Positions 21,298 to 32,781 are shown, counted from the first letter of the stretch. The stretch: 64,000 nucleotides of DNA from Terriglobia bacterium (GCA_963748015.1 CAVVHE010000004.1:352001-416000), one strand, 5' to 3'. Numbers and translations are program-made. Notes: generated by a model not told the origin, from the sequence alone.

Positions 21298-23040
21298 TCA
21301 CCGCCCGCCTCGCCCGAATGCCGCCGCCCAGCCCGCCACTCCCGCGGCGCCCCCGGCGAGCACCAGCGCGATCCCCACGACGGCCCGCCCGTGAGCCTCG
21401 GCGCCGGGAGACGCGACGGCGGCCACGAGGTCGCCAAGTCCGTGGCCGTGGGGCATCGCGAACAATCCGGCCGCCGCCACGAGGAACCCGACGGCTCCGG
21501 CCTGGAGCGGCCACGGCGTCTTGGCCGGTCTCCCATCGCGCCGTCCCACCACGCTGTGCACCCACCCGTACGAGGTGTAGATCGAGAGCCCGAGGGTCAG
21601 CCACCCGACGAACCTCCACCACGAGGCCGGCGGGAGGTAGAACATCAAGGCCAGGCAGGACGTCACGCCGAGGAGCGGGAAGAGCAGCGGTCCGAGCGGG
21701 ACCCGGAACGGCCGCCGGCGGGAAGGATCCCGGAAACGCAGGATCGGGATCCCGACGCAAACGAGCACGAACGCGAAGAGGGTGCCGATGTTCGTCAGGT
21801 CCACCATCTCGTCGATGCTCGCGAACGCGGCCACGCTGCCCACGGCCAGTCCGGTCATGATCGTGGTGACGTGAGGGGTCCGGAACCGCGGGTGCACCCT
21901 GGCGAAAGTCTGCGGGAGCAGGCCGTCGCGCGCCATCGAGAAGAAGATGCGGGGCTGGCCGAGCTGGAAAACGAGCAGGACCGCGGTGTGCGCGATGACC
22001 GAACCGAACGCCACGATCGTGCTCGCCCAGACGGCGCCTGGCGCCACGTGCTGGAGCGCCATGGTCAGCGGCTCGGCCTGCTCCACCGACAATCGCCGGG
22101 TCAGGTCCGGGTAGGGGACGAGGCCGGTGAACACCGCGGCGACCACGACGTACAGGACGGTGCAGATGGCGAGCGAGGCGAGGATCCCCACCGGAAGGTC
22201 GCGGGACGGGTTGCGGGTCTCCTCGGCGACCGTCGAGACCGCGTCGAAGCCGATGTAGGCGAAGAAGACGATGGCGGCGCCCGCGAGGGTCCCTCCCCAG
22301 CCCGCGGGCTGGAACGGAACCCAGTTTTGCGCCATGCGCGACGGCGGCACGAAGTAGAGCGCGATGCAGATGAAGAACAGCAGGACCACGATCTTGATAC
22401 CGACCATCACCGCGTTGAACTTGGCCGACTCCCGGATCCCCCAGACGAGCACGATCGTGATCAGGGCCACGATCCCGAACGCCACGACGTTGAGCACCAC
22501 GGGCACGCCGAAGACGTGCGGGGCGCTCTCGTAGAGGCCCGGGATCCGCGCCGCGGTCCGGTAGTCGGTGCAGAGCCAGAGGGGAAGCCGGATCCCGAAT
22601 CCCTCGAGAAGCGTGCGGAAGTAGTTGGCCCACGAGATCGCGACCGCCACGTTCCCCACCGCGTACTCGATGATCAGGTCCCACCCGATGATCCAGGCCA
22701 CCGCCTCTCCGAGGGTGGAGTAGGCGTAGGTATAGGCCGAGCCGGAGATCGGGACCATCGAGGCGAACTCGGCGTAGCAGAGCGCCGTGAACGCGCACAC
22801 GATCGCGGTTATCGCGAACGAGAGTGTCAGCGACGGGCCGGCGCCGGGCCGGGCGGCGTCGCCCGCCGCCGCGGTGCCGATCGTCGCGAAGATGCCCGCT
22901 CCGATGATCGCCCCGATGCCGAGGAGGGTGACGTGCACCGGGCCGAGCGCGCGCCGGAGGTGGACCCCGGTGGCCTCGGCCGACGCGAGGATGTCGTCCA
23001 GCTTCTTCGTCTTGAAGATGCCGAGCCGGGGGGGCGCCAT
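21298..23040 (-). CDS. APC-family amino acid permease (CAT-like) with extra C-terminal TM segments
   Basis: 'GIGAIIGAGIF', 'CYAEFASMVPISGSAYTY', 'FFAYIGFDAVST'. Confidence 0.92.
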   Translation of the reverse strand: MAPPRLGIFKTKKLDDILASAEATGVHLRRALGPVHVTLLGIGAIIGAGIFATIGTAAAGDAARPGAGPSLTLSFAITAIVCAFTALCYAEFASMVPISGSAYTYAYSTLGEAVAWIIGWDLIIEYAVGNVAVAISWANYFRTLLEGFGIRLPLWLCTDYRTAARIPGLYESAPHVFGVPVVLNVVAFGIVALITIVLVWGIRESAKFNAVMVGIKIVVLLFFICIALYFVPPSRMAQNWVPFQPAGWGGTLAGAAIVFFAYIGFDAVSTVAEETRNPSRDLPVGILASLAICTVLYVVVAAVFTGLVPYPDLTRRLSVEQAEPLTMALQHVAPGAVWASTIVAFGSVIAHTAVLLVFQLGQPRIFFSMARDGLLPQTFARVHPRFRTPHVTTIMTGLAVGSVAAFASIDEMVDLTNIGTLFAFVLVCVGIPILRFRDPSRRRPFRVPLGPLLFPLLGVTSCLALMFYLPPASWWRFVGWLTLGLSIYTSYGWVHSVVGRRDGRPAKTPWPLQAGAVGFLVAAAGLFAMPHGHGLGDLVAAVASPGAEAHGRAVVGIALVLAGGAAGVAGWAAAFGRGGR

Positions 23041-23183
23041 CAGGGTCGCGCCGCGGTCACGGCCGGAGAGGAATGGTCGGACACCCGCGAAGGTTATGGC
23101 GAAGGCGGCGATTCGGCAAGCGTGTTTCGCGGATTTGACCTCCCGCTCGCCGTCCCCCACCATTCACGCCGGGAGGTCGCGCG

Positions 23184-23816
23184 ATGAGACTCTCCGACGC
23201 CGAGCGGCGGCTCGTCCCGGCTCTCGCGGCGGGGCTGCCGGGAGCCGAGGCGCACCTGCTCCTGGCTCCGCGGCCGCGGCTGGGCTGGCGGCCCGGCGAG
23301 ATCCCCGCCGGAGCGAGGGCGGCCGCGGCGCTCGTGCTGTTGTACCCGGGCGCCCGTGGCGAGGCCCGCTTCGTCCTCACGCTGCGCCCGTCGAGCCTCG
23401 CCCGTCACGGAGGGCAGGTGTCGCTGCCCGGCGGCTCGGTCGAGCCGGGCGAGTCGGTCGAGGAGACCGCCCTGCGCGAGGCGCGGGAGGAGATCGGAGC
23501 GGACGCGGACGTCTTCCGCGTTCTCGGCCGCCTCTCGCCGCTCCACGTCCCGGTCAGCGGCTTCGTCATCCACCCCGTCCTGGCCTTCGCCTCTCTCCGC
23601 GGCGACCTGCGGCCGAGCGACGGCGAGGTCGCCGCGATCCTCGAGATACCGCTCCGCCACCTGCTCGATCCCGCGTCGCTCCGCGAGGAGCGCCGCACCC
23701 TCGCCGGCCAAGCCTACGAGATCCCGTTCTTCCACCTCGGCGGCCACAAGGTGTGGGGCGCCACCGCGATGATCCTCTCCGAGCTGGTCTGGCTACTCCG
23801 CGACGACCGTTGCTGA
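23184..23816 (+). CDS. Nudix hydrolase, CoA pyrophosphatase subfamily
   Basis: 'LTLRPSSLARHGGQVSLPGG', Nudix box 'ALREAREEIG', 'VWGATA'. Confidence 0.92.
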   Translation: MRLSDAERRLVPALAAGLPGAEAHLLLAPRPRLGWRPGEIPAGARAAAALVLLYPGARGEARFVLTLRPSSLARHGGQVSLPGGSVEPGESVEETALREAREEIGADADVFRVLGRLSPLHVPVSGFVIHPVLAFASLRGDLRPSDGEVAAILEIPLRHLLDPASLREERRTLAGQAYEIPFFHLGGHKVWGATAMILSELVWLLRDDRC

Positions 23817-23829
23817 CCGGAGCCTCGCA

Positions 23830-23989
23830 GCCCGCGTTCGGCCCGCGGCAGGGCCCTCGCGGCCCTCTCTTCGCGCGGCCGTCTCTTCCCCGGACGGCCG
23901 CGCGAAGAGCGGAGCGAGGAGGCGCGGCGACCGACGCCGCGCAACTCCGAAGCGTGCCGCGAGGACCCTGCCGCGGGGCGGACGCGGGC
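23830..23989. repeat. Long branched inverted-repeat element between convergent genes
   Basis: 34-bp outer stem (23830-23863/23956-23989, 3 differences) enclosing a perfect 17-bp hairpin (23867-23883/23893-23909) and a second hairpin (~23918-23948). Confidence 0.8.
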
Positions 23990-24025
23990 GGCTTGGACTA
24001 GCGGATCTGCGGCGGAGTGAGAGAA

Positions 24026-24058
24026 CCACCCCCCGGGGTTTGGGGCCCCGGGGGGTGG
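24026..24058 (-). terminator. Probable intrinsic terminator of the oxidoreductase operon
   Basis: 13-bp stem CCACCCCCCGGGG/CCCCGGGGGGTGG followed on the minus strand by TTCTCTC. Confidence 0.5.
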
Positions 24059-24101
24059 CACGTGGCCGGAGCTTGAGGGGCCATGTAAGAGGGGAAGGGG
24101 G

Positions 24102-25541
24102 TTAGGCTCCGGCCGGAGCTCCTTTCGCCGCCTCGAGGCCGGCGTCGATGGCTTTCTTGTTGAGCTCGATGAGCTGCACGTGGCCTTTCACCGCCGCCGG
24201 CAGCGCGGCAACGACGGCTTCCTTCGAGATCCGCATGTCGTGGGCCAGCATGGCGCCGAGCATGACCATGTTGGCGACCTTGGGGTTGCCGAGCCGGTCC
24301 GCGATCTCGTTGCAGGGCACCGCCACGGCGCGGACGTCCGTCCGCTTCGGCCCTTCGTGGATCAGCGACGAGTTGTAGAAGATCGTGCCGCCCGGCTCGA
24401 CGTCCTTTTCGAACCGCTCGAGGCTGGGGCCGTTCATCGCGACGAGCACGGTGGGGTGCTGGATCAGCGGCGATCCGATCTCTTGGTCGGAGACGGTGAC
24501 GTTGGTGTACGCCGTCCCGCCGCGCATCTCGGGACCGTAGGACGGCATCCACGACACCTTCCGTCCCGCGAGCATGCCGGCCTGCGCGACCACGACTCCC
24601 ATGAGCAGCACGCCCTGGCCGCCGAAGCCGGAGATCTTGAAGCGATGCTCCTCGATCGCCCGTCCGGTATCGGGGAGCAAGAGGTTCCCGCCTGCTTCCG
24701 CGATGTCCAGGACCTGGGGGATCTTCTCGAGCGGCGTCGCCGCGCGGGTGCGCGGGTGGCCGAGATCGTGCTCGTGCCCGTCGCGGTAGACGCCGAGCGG
24801 GAAGACCTTCGTCATGGCCGAGAGCGTCCAGGCCGCCGCGTCCACCGGTTGCATCTTCCAGCCGGTGGGGCAGGGGGCCAGGATCTCGACGAGCGAGAAC
24901 CCCTTGTTCTGGATCTGGTACTCGATCGCCTTGCGGATCGCTTTCCGCGCCTTGACGTTGTTCTTGTTGTCGCCCACCGCGACCCGCTCGAGGTAGTACG
25001 GCGCGGTCAGGCCGTTCAGCAGCTCGCAAACCTTGATCGGGAACCCCTCGTTCTGGGCGTGGCGCCCCCGGGGGCTCGTCGTGGTCCGCATGTCCACGAG
25101 GGTCGTCGGCGCCATCTGGCCGCCGGTCATCCCGTAGATGGCGTTGTTGACGAAGAAGATGGTGATGTTCTCGCCGCGGTTCGCGGCCTGCATGATCTCG
25201 TTCCCGCCGATCGCGGCCAGGTCGCCGTCGCCCTGGTAGCCGATCACGATCGCCTCGGGGTTGGCGCGCTTGACCCCCGTGGCCGCGGCGGGGCAGCGCC
25301 CGTGGGGCACCTGGATGTTCCCGACGTCGAAGTAGTAGTAGGCGAATACGGAGCACCCGACGGGGTTCACGAGGACCGTCCGGTCCTTCACGCCGAAATC
25401 GTGCAGCGCCTCGGCGATGTACTTGTGGACGTGCCCGTGGCCGCAGCCGGGACAGTAGTGCGTCGAGCCCTTGTCCCCGTCCTTCCGGTCGAAGGTCTCG
25501 TAAAAGGTATCGGGGCAGCTATAGGCCGGCGTGATAGACAT
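24102..25541 (-). CDS. 2-oxoacid:ferredoxin oxidoreductase, fused beta (TPP-binding) and gamma subunits
   Basis: 'YCPGCGHG', '[10 protein letters not shown]', '[16 protein letters not shown]', then 'GFGGQGVL', '[10 protein letters not shown]'. Confidence 0.93.
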   Translation of the reverse strand: MSITPAYSCPDTFYETFDRKDGDKGSTHYCPGCGHGHVHKYIAEALHDFGVKDRTVLVNPVGCSVFAYYYFDVGNIQVPHGRCPAAATGVKRANPEAIVIGYQGDGDLAAIGGNEIMQAANRGENITIFFVNNAIYGMTGGQMAPTTLVDMRTTTSPRGRHAQNEGFPIKVCELLNGLTAPYYLERVAVGDNKNNVKARKAIRKAIEYQIQNKGFSLVEILAPCPTGWKMQPVDAAAWTLSAMTKVFPLGVYRDGHEHDLGHPRTRAATPLEKIPQVLDIAEAGGNLLLPDTGRAIEEHRFKISGFGGQGVLLMGVVVAQAGMLAGRKVSWMPSYGPEMRGGTAYTNVTVSDQEIGSPLIQHPTVLVAMNGPSLERFEKDVEPGGTIFYNSSLIHEGPKRTDVRAVAVPCNEIADRLGNPKVANMVMLGAMLAHDMRISKEAVVAALPAAVKGHVQLIELNKKAIDAGLEAAKGAPAGA

Positions 25542-26592
25542 GGTCTTCCTCCCGGGTGCCCTCTAGGACCTCGAGGATCTCGGTGGGCGTGGGGACCATT
25601 CCCCCCTGCCGTCCGTAGAAGCCCACGGGACGGCGCTCGCGGACGGCGAGGCGGACGTCGAGCACCATCTGGCCGTCCGAGAGCTCGACGACGAGGAACC
25701 GGCTCACCGTCTCCGCCGCCTCGTTGAACGCCTTGGTGGGGAAGGGGAAAAGCGTCACGGGGCGGATGAGTCCCGCCTTGATCCCCTCCTTGCGCGCGAG
25801 GTCCACGGTCGTGCGGAGCACGCGCCCGACGATTCCGTACCCGACGAGCGCCACCTCGGCGTCTTCCATCCGGTACGAGCGCCACTCCTGGAGCTCCGCC
25901 ACCATCGTCGCGTACTTCGCCATCAGCTTGCGGTTGTGCGCCTCGAGGGCCTCGTGGGAGAGAACGATCGAGGAGATCAGGTTCTTCCGGGTTTCGGCGT
26001 CTCCCCGCGTGGCCCAGTCGTGACGGGGCGGGGGAGTCGCGCGGCTCGGGAAGTTCACCGGCTCCATCATCTGTCCCGTGAATCCGTCGGTGAGGATGAT
26101 CGCGGGGTTCCGGAAGCGGTCGGCGGCGTCGAACGCCTTGATCGTGAAGTCGCACATCTCCTGGGCGAACGCCGGGGCATAGACGATGTTGTGGTAGTTC
26201 CCGTGGCCGCCGCCCTTGACCATCTGGTTGTAGTCGCTCTGCTCCGGCCCGATGTTCCCGAGGCCGGGGCCGCCCCGCATGATGTCCGCCACGACGCACG
26301 GCAGCTCGGCGCCGGCGAGGTAGGAGAGCCCTTCCTGCATCAGCGAGAGGCCGGGCCCGGAGGAGCCGGTCATGCTCCGCTCGCCCGCCGCCGCCGCGCC
26401 GTAGACCATGTTGATCGAGGCGGTCTCGGACTCGGCCTGCACGAACGTCCCGCCCGCGGGGGGGAAGTACCTCGCGGCCGCCTCGGCGATCTCGCTGGCC
26501 GGCGTGATCGGGTAGCCGTAGTACGAGCGGCAGCCCGCGAGGATGGCTCCCTTGACGATCGCTTCGTTTCCCTTGATGAGCTGGTAACCCAT
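25519..26592 (-). CDS. vorB: 2-oxoacid:ferredoxin oxidoreductase alpha subunit (VorB-like, branched-chain 2-oxoacid type)
   Basis: 'KGNEAI', '[10 protein letters not shown]', 'QAESE', 'SSGPG', '[16 protein letters not shown]'. Confidence 0.88.
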   Translation of the reverse strand: MGYQLIKGNEAIVKGAILAGCRSYYGYPITPASEIAEAAARYFPPAGGTFVQAESETASINMVYGAAAAGERSMTGSSGPGLSLMQEGLSYLAGAELPCVVADIMRGGPGLGNIGPEQSDYNQMVKGGGHGNYHNIVYAPAFAQEMCDFTIKAFDAADRFRNPAIILTDGFTGQMMEPVNFPSRATPPPRHDWATRGDAETRKNLISSIVLSHEALEAHNRKLMAKYATMVAELQEWRSYRMEDAEVALVGYGIVGRVLRTTVDLARKEGIKAGLIRPVTLFPFPTKAFNEAAETVSRFLVVELSDGQMVLDVRLAVRERRPVGFYGRQGGMVPTPTEILEVLEGTREEDHVYHAGL

Positions 26593-26614
26593 GGGGCTCC
26601 CCCGGACGGTGGCG

Positions 26615-26851
26615 TCAGGCCACCTCCTCCACGACGTGGAACACGCTGATCGCCGCCGGCTCCGGGCACGCGTAGTAGCAGACGCCGCACCCCGTGCAGC
26701 CGGTTCCCTCGAGGAATTCGGCCGGGTGGTAGCCCAGCCGGTTGAGCGACTCGCCGAGACGCAGCGACTTGGTCGGGCAGGCGGCAATGCACAGGCTGCA
26801 ACCCTTGCACTTGTTCGCCTCGACCACCACGGTCCCCATTCGCTTGGCCAT
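26615..26851 (-). CDS. 2[4Fe-4S] ferredoxin (delta subunit)
   Basis: Two CxxCxxCxxxCP motifs ([24 protein letters not shown]). Confidence 0.93.
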   Translation of the reverse strand: MAKRMGTVVVEANKCKGCSLCIAACPTKSLRLGESLNRLGYHPAEFLEGTGCTGCGVCYYACPEPAAISVFHVVEEVA

Positions 26852-26932
26852 GGAATCTCCCCTCTCTCGCGATTCGCACGCAGCCCACGGCCGCACCCGT
26901 TCGCCGGGCCCGGCCACCCCGGGGCATTCTAG

Positions 26933-26948
26933 TGCATCGGACGTGCCA
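26933..26948 (-). promoter_or_regulatory. Sigma54 (-24/-12) promoter
   Basis: TGGCAC-GTCCG-ATGCA with correct GG-N10-GC spacing, about 80 nt upstream of the ferredoxin start. Confidence 0.7.
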
Positions 26949-27194
26949 CCGGACCGCGCGCCGGCGGCGCCGCTTCTCCTCGGTATCCTGGACCTTTCGT
27001 CGGGCCGCGCGCGCCGATGCGCACAGGCGGCCGCGGAGCATCGCGCATCTCGTCGTGGGATGCGCCATAGTACCCACTCCCCCCGCCGCGTGTCCAGGGT
27101 ATTTCGCGCGATCGGCGAGCCGCAATGTCCCGAATTCGAATGCGGCCTCCCGGCGGGGGGTACTAGAATCGGGCCGAGCTCACGGAGGCCGACC

Positions 27195-27614
27195 TTGGCG
27201 ATCTTCGCATCCCGGCGCCGCCGCCGGTTCATGGACCCGCCGCGCTTCGAAGCGGACGACGCGGCGACGACCGTGATCGCCGCGGGCGCCCGCTTCGAGG
27301 GGAGCGTGCGGTCGGGCGGGGGAGCCGTGATCTCGGGCCGGATCGAGGGAGACCTCGCGGCGGAGGGGGCCGTGCTCCTCGAGGCCACGGGGTCGATCGG
27401 CGGAAGCGTGACCGCGGCCGCGGCGAAGATCGAGGGGGCGATCGAGGGATCGCTCGAGGTCACAGGGCGCGCCGAGGTGGATTCGGGCGGCCGGGTGGCC
27501 GGGCCCGTTCGCGCGGCAAGGGTGGACGTCGCCGCCGGCGCGCTCCTCGACGGTCCCGTCGAGGCGCAAGACGGCCCGCACCGCTTCGTCGAGCGCCGGG
27601 GGAAGCGGCGCTGA
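27195..27614 (+). CDS. Bactofilin (polymer-forming cytoskeletal protein)
   Basis: '[11 protein letters not shown]', 'ISGRIEGDL', 'IEGAIEGSL' beta-helix repeats; TTG start after GGAGG (alternative ATG 27231). Confidence 0.88.
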   Translation: MAIFASRRRRRFMDPPRFEADDAATTVIAAGARFEGSVRSGGGAVISGRIEGDLAAEGAVLLEATGSIGGSVTAAAAKIEGAIEGSLEVTGRAEVDSGGRVAGPVRAARVDVAAGALLDGPVEAQDGPHRFVERRGKRR

Positions 27615-27630
27615 CGGCCGCGGCGCCGGG

Positions 27631-29238
27631 TCAGGACTCCGGACGCTCGAACGGATCGGGCGGGGGCGCGTCCTTGATCGCGGGGTCGAGGCGGATGGGG
27701 CCGGGGTGCTCCGCGAGCAGGCGGGCGAGGCGCGCGACGAGGCGCGACGACGCCGCCACGCGCCGCACGTCGATCTTGTCCGCGGTGTCCCCCGGCGCGT
27801 GGTACTCGGCGATGTACCCCGCGAACGGGTAGACGATCGGTATCCCCGCCTCGAAGAACGTGTAGTGGTCGCTCACCGGCTGGAGGCGGAGCGCGGGGTA
27901 GTAGCGCAGGTCGAGACCGAGCCCGTCGCTGGCGGCCGCGGCGAGTTCGCGAAGCACCGGCGCGGCGGCGCTGTAGATGATCTGGATCGCCGCGGCGTAG
28001 TCCTTGCGATCCAGGTTGGCACGGCCGAAGACGTCGAGATTGACGACCGCCCGGATCCGCTCCTTGGGGACGGGCGGCCGGCGCAGGAACGCGGTGGACC
28101 CGAGCCGCCCCTCCTCCTCGCCGGTCCACGACGCGATCACGATCTCCGCCGGGCCCTTGGGAGGCGACGCCTTGAGCGCCGCGGCCGCCGCTAGAAGGCC
28201 GGCCACTCCCGATGCGTTGTCGTCGGCGCCCGGGTGGAGCGTCCCGCCGGGGGACCCGAGGTGGTCCCAGTGCGCGCCCAGGATGACCGCGTCCCCCTCG
28301 AGCCCTTTTCCCGCACCGAGACGCGCGACGACGTTCCGGATCTCGAACGTCCGCCGATCGCGATAGCGGAGTAGCAGCGAGGTCTTCCGGTCGCCGAGGA
28401 GCCGCGAGGCCTTGCGCCCCGCCTCGAGCTCCGCCGATGCGGCGCCGACGTCGAGGCCCGTGCCGTCGAGGACCGCCAGGGCGCCGGCGGGATCGAGGTA
28501 CGCGACGGGAAGGGGTGCCGGGGCTCCGTCGAGCCCGACCCAGGGTCGCGCGAGGTCGTCCTTGCGGCCGGCGACGAGGTCCGCCGCCGTGCGCGCGCGT
28601 CCCGCGGGGTTCGGCACCAGGAGGAGCGCGGCCGCTCCGAGCGACTGCGCGAGGCGGGCCTTCGCCGCGGCGAGCAGGTGACGCGTGGGCCGCGTTCCGT
28701 TCCACTTCGACGCGGGATCGGACTCGCCGGGCTCTCCCGACAGCACCACGACGATCCGGCCCTTGACGTCGAGACCTTCGTAGTCGTCGTGACCGTACTC
28801 CGGCGCGCGGATCCCGAACCCCGCGAACGCCAGCGGGCCCGACACGGTCACCGACTCGGCCCGGTCGGGCACCACGACGAGCTTCCCCGAGGCGCCGTCG
28901 AGCCGCGCCTCCGCCCCGGAGCCGCCCGAGGCCGCGAGGCTCGAGGCGGCGGGATCGTAGTAGGCCTCGACGGCGAGGACCGCCTGGAACCAGGAGCGCC
29001 CGACCGGCGTCTCGTCGCCCGCGGGAATCCAGCCGATCGCCTCGAGCCTGTGCGCCACGAACGCCGACGCGACCGCCCCGCCGCGCTCGGCTGCGTGACG
29101 TCCCTCGAGCTCGGGTGAGGCGAGGAAGCGAATCGTCGCCGCGATGTCCTCCTCCCGCACCGCCTCGTCTCCGGGCACCCCCCACGCGAGCTGGGCGAGG
29201 ACCGCCGCGGTGATCGCCGCTACGATGGCTCTTTTCAT
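27631..29238 (-). CDS. M28 family aminopeptidase with PA domain, secreted
   Basis: 'LEGR', 'GAHWDHLG', 'GADDNASG', 'GEEEGRLGS', 'SDH', 'YHAPGD'. Confidence 0.92.
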   Translation of the reverse strand: MKRAIVAAITAAVLAQLAWGVPGDEAVREEDIAATIRFLASPELEGRHAAERGGAVASAFVAHRLEAIGWIPAGDETPVGRSWFQAVLAVEAYYDPAASSLAASGGSGAEARLDGASGKLVVVPDRAESVTVSGPLAFAGFGIRAPEYGHDDYEGLDVKGRIVVVLSGEPGESDPASKWNGTRPTRHLLAAAKARLAQSLGAAALLLVPNPAGRARTAADLVAGRKDDLARPWVGLDGAPAPLPVAYLDPAGALAVLDGTGLDVGAASAELEAGRKASRLLGDRKTSLLLRYRDRRTFEIRNVVARLGAGKGLEGDAVILGAHWDHLGSPGGTLHPGADDNASGVAGLLAAAAALKASPPKGPAEIVIASWTGEEEGRLGSTAFLRRPPVPKERIRAVVNLDVFGRANLDRKDYAAAIQIIYSAAAPVLRELAAAASDGLGLDLRYYPALRLQPVSDHYTFFEAGIPIVYPFAGYIAEYHAPGDTADKIDVRRVAASSRLVARLARLLAEHPGPIRLDPAIKDAPPPDPFERPES

Positions 29239-29327
29239 CCTGGCCTCCCGCATTCCGGCGCGGCCCGCCGCACCGGCCGCCGGCAGGTGTAGCATAACCG
29301 CTCGTTCGCACTTCGAGGGGGTGCACG

Positions 29328-31982
29328 ATGGCTCGCGCCGGAGACGTGAGGGTGATCGAGCGACCGAAAGGCCGCCGGGCGGGAATCGTCCGCCGGCTCG
29401 CCGTGGCGTCGGCGATGGCGCTCGCCGCGCTGCCGGCCGTGGCGGCGTACCACGAGGAGATCCTGGCGAACGGGCTTCGGGTGGTGCTGATCGAGAACCG
29501 GGCGAACCCGATGGTGTGCTCGTCCGCGATCGTGGGCGCCGGCGTCGTGGACGAGCCGGACGGAATGAACGGCGCCTCGCACTTCCTCGAGCACCTGCTC
29601 TTCAACGGGACCGCGACCAGGAGCCAGCGCGAGCTGTACGACGAGGTCGACCGCTACGGCGCCTACAACAACGCGACGACGCGCGAGGATCACACCCTCT
29701 TCACCCTTCTCATCCAGAAGGAGTTCGCGGCGCGCGGCCTCGACATCCAGGCGGACATGCTCTTCCGGTCCACGCTCCCGCCCGACAAGTTCGAGAAGGA
29801 GAAGGGGATCGTTCTGGAAGAGCTGGCGAAGGACCGCAACGATCCGGCCTACGTGTCGGGCGAGGCGTTCCGGGCGTTCGCGTACGCCGGCACGCCGCTG
29901 TCCCGCCCCGTGCTCGGAAGCGAGGCCTCGATCAAGGGAATGAGCCGGGACCGCGTGCTCGCCTACTACAAGGCGCGGTACGTGCCGGGGAACATGACGC
30001 TCGTGGTGATGGGGGACTTCGAGATCCCCGCGATGATGGAGCAGGTGAAGAAGACCTTCGGGGCCGCGCCGAAGGCGAAGCTCCCGCCCTCCCCGAAGGC
30101 GGCCTGGCCCTCGCCCCCGCCGCGGAACCTCGCGCTCGAGCCGCTGGAGGCCGGCCGCTCGTACCTCCACGCCGCGATTCCGCTCCCGCTCGAGCCGTAC
30201 GATCCGACGATGGGCGCGGTCGAGCTGCTCCTCGCCGCGCTCTCGGGCGGGACGGACTCGCCCCTCTCGCGCGCGCTCACCTCGGGCGCCGACCCCCTCG
30301 TCCAGTCGTTCACCCTCTCCGCGAGTCCCCGGGCCCGGGGATGGTCCTCGATCGAGTTCGACGCGGTGTTGCCCAAGGGCGGAGACGCGAAGCCGGTCCT
30401 GGAGGCGCTCGCCACCGGCCTGCTCACGCTGGCGCCGGGGCGCCCGGCGTGGGAACGGATACCGCAGGCTCGCACCGCGAGCCGCTCCGACGAAGCGCTC
30501 ACGGCGGACAACATCCAGTACTACGCGATGACGCGCTCGGCCTACGTCCCCGGGTCGCCCAAGGACGATCTCGCCCGCCGGCTCGGAATCTTGCCCTCGC
30601 CCGTGGAGCCGGTCGCCGAGGCCGCGGCGATGATCCGCTCGGCGGTCCCGTCGCTCCGCGCCCTCGCGTCGGGGCCGGGCCTCGCGGAGCAGGTGTCGTC
30701 GTGGTCCGCGCCGGCGCCCCCGCCTGCCGCGGCGGCGGGACGCGCCGAGGTCTCGGAGACGCTGCCGTCGGGACTGCGAACCTGGGTCGAGAGAAACGGC
30801 GACTCGAGCGTCTTCGCGGTGCACCTCGCCTTCGCGCCGCGCTCGGCTTCGGAGCCGGCGGGCAAGGAGGGGATCGCGGACTTCCTCCACCGGATGCTCC
30901 TGCGAGGCACGATGGTCCGCGACGCGGCGGGGCTTTCGGCGGCCCTCGACGCGCTGGGTGCGAGGATCAAGCTCGCGGACGATCCCGCGATTCCCTACGA
31001 CGACTACTACACGACCCCCGAGTTCTCGTTCATCCGGCTCGAGGCTCCCGGCGAGCGGTGGCGCGACGCGGTCGCGCTCCTCGCCGAGATCGCGCGGTAC
31101 CCGAGGCTCGCCGCCGACGACGTCGAGGCGGTCCGGAAGCAAATGCTCGATCTGCAGAAGCGGCAGGCCGAGTCCACCCGGGCGGTCGCGCTCGATCTCG
31201 CGGCCAGGACCTTGGCGCCGGACCACCCGCTGTCGAAGCCCGTCCTGGGGACGCCGGCCTCGATCGCCGCCGTGACCGCCGACGACCTTCGGTCGTTCCA
31301 CCGGGATTACGTCTCGGGCGGCCGCATGATCCTGACGGCGGTCGGACCGGCCGACCCGGGCGAGGTCGTCGCAGCGATCCGCGGGGCGTTTTCCGACCTC
31401 GGCGCGGGGCCGGAGCCGCCGCGGGTCCCGCCGCCGCCGGTGACGCCTCCCGGACTTTCGAAGGAGGCGTCCGTCGGGAAGGGCATGGCGCAGATCGTCC
31501 TGACCCGGCTGTTCGACGCCGACCCCTCCGAGGACGCGGCGCTCGCGGTGGCCGGCGCCATGCTCTCGGACCGGCTGTCGTTCCGGCTCCGGGAGGAAAA
31601 GGGGCTCGCTTACTCGATGTCCGCGTCCGTCGGCCCCTTTGCCGGCAGGACACGGCTCGAGGTCTCCATGAGCACGCGGCAGGCGAACGTGGAGGAGGCC
31701 CTCGAGGGGCTCCGCGAGGGGATCGAGGAATTCGCGGCCGCGGCCCCCGATCCCGCGAAGACCGAGCGTGCCGCCAACGCGATCCGGGGCCGCCTCCTGA
31801 TGCGGCGGATGACCCGCGTCAACCAGGCCTATTTCGTCGGACTCGACCTGATCGCGGGCAAGGCGCCGGGGTCGGGGAAGCAGCGCCTCGAGTTGTTCCG
31901 GGCGGTCCGCCCGGAGGACGTCGCGCGCGTCGCGGCGAAGTACCTCCACGTCGGGGCCTGCGCCACGCTCGTCGTCCGATAG
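29328..31982 (+). CDS. M16 (pitrilysin-like) zinc peptidase
   Basis: Inverted zincin motif HFLEH, 'YNNATT', '[10 protein letters not shown]', '[10 protein letters not shown]'; signal-peptide-like N-terminus. Confidence 0.92.
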   Translation: MARAGDVRVIERPKGRRAGIVRRLAVASAMALAALPAVAAYHEEILANGLRVVLIENRANPMVCSSAIVGAGVVDEPDGMNGASHFLEHLLFNGTATRSQRELYDEVDRYGAYNNATTREDHTLFTLLIQKEFAARGLDIQADMLFRSTLPPDKFEKEKGIVLEELAKDRNDPAYVSGEAFRAFAYAGTPLSRPVLGSEASIKGMSRDRVLAYYKARYVPGNMTLVVMGDFEIPAMMEQVKKTFGAAPKAKLPPSPKAAWPSPPPRNLALEPLEAGRSYLHAAIPLPLEPYDPTMGAVELLLAALSGGTDSPLSRALTSGADPLVQSFTLSASPRARGWSSIEFDAVLPKGGDAKPVLEALATGLLTLAPGRPAWERIPQARTASRSDEALTADNIQYYAMTRSAYVPGSPKDDLARRLGILPSPVEPVAEAAAMIRSAVPSLRALASGPGLAEQVSSWSAPAPPPAAAAGRAEVSETLPSGLRTWVERNGDSSVFAVHLAFAPRSASEPAGKEGIADFLHRMLLRGTMVRDAAGLSAALDALGARIKLADDPAIPYDDYYTTPEFSFIRLEAPGERWRDAVALLAEIARYPRLAADDVEAVRKQMLDLQKRQAESTRAVALDLAARTLAPDHPLSKPVLGTPASIAAVTADDLRSFHRDYVSGGRMILTAVGPADPGEVVAAIRGAFSDLGAGPEPPRVPPPPVTPPGLSKEASVGKGMAQIVLTRLFDADPSEDAALAVAGAMLSDRLSFRLREEKGLAYSMSASVGPFAGRTRLEVSMSTRQANVEEALEGLREGIEEFAAAAPDPAKTERAANAIRGRLLMRRMTRVNQAYFVGLDLIAGKAPGSGKQRLELFRAVRPEDVARVAAKYLHVGACATLVVR

Positions 31983-32017
31983 GGGAGCGCCGCCGGGTGG
32001 GCGGCTTGGATGGAGAC

Positions 32018-32722
32018 ATGGCAGCCCGCGCGAGCAGGAAGATCCTGTTTCTGGACGGTGGAGAGTTGGTTCTCGATCTCGAGAGCACCTTTCTCGCACG
32101 CCCCGAATTCCGGGTCGTCCACGGAACGCCCGGGCAAGACCCGCTCGGCCTGATCCGACGCGAGCGGCCGGATCTCCTCGTGCTCGATCTCCACGCGTCG
32201 AATCCCGCGAGCCTCAAGGTGTGCCGCGCCGTGAAGGGCGACCCGGTCCTCGGGGAGACCCCGGTGCTGCTCCTGAGCACGCCGACGCTCAGGCGGGACG
32301 CCCGGGCGGCGGGCGCGGACGCGGTCGTGTTCACGCCGCTCGTCCATCGGGAGTTCCTCGAGATCGTCCGCCGCCTGCTCCCCGTCGCCTCGCGCCGCGA
32401 TGCGCGATGTCCGGTCCACATGAAGGTCACGCTCGCGGAGGGAGGGGAGGAATTCGAAGCCTGGAGCCGCGATCTCTCGGAAACCGGAATGTCCTTGAGC
32501 GCGAGCCGATGCCCCGCGCCGGGCGCGGGGATCCGCCTGAGGTTCGTCCTGCCGGAAGGGGCGGAGGAGATCTTGTGCGGCGCGATCGCCCGAGGGCCGC
32601 GGGGGCCGGGCGGCGCCGCCGGCGGCTTCGGGGTCGAGTTCGACGGGATGGGCCCCTCCGACCGGGAGAGGATCGCGAGGTTCGTGCGCGACCGCCTCTC
32701 GCGTCCGATCGAGCTTCCCTGA
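32018..32722 (+). CDS. Atypical receiver domain fused to PilZ domain
   Basis: REC-like 'RERPDLLVLDL'; PilZ motifs RRDAR (RxxxR) and DLSETG (DxSxxG). Confidence 0.85.
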   Translation: MAARASRKILFLDGGELVLDLESTFLARPEFRVVHGTPGQDPLGLIRRERPDLLVLDLHASNPASLKVCRAVKGDPVLGETPVLLLSTPTLRRDARAAGADAVVFTPLVHREFLEIVRRLLPVASRRDARCPVHMKVTLAEGGEEFEAWSRDLSETGMSLSASRCPAPGAGIRLRFVLPEGAEEILCGAIARGPRGPGGAAGGFGVEFDGMGPSDRERIARFVRDRLSRPIELP

Positions 32723-32734
32723 GCGCGGCGGCCG

Positions 32735-32763
32735 TTGTCGCCGGTTCCCCGGCCGCGTAGAAT
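32735..32763 (+). promoter_or_regulatory. Candidate sigma70 promoter
   Basis: TTGTCG-N17-TAGAAT upstream of 32782. Confidence 0.55.
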
Positions 32764-32781
32764 CGCGATCGAGAGGTTTCG

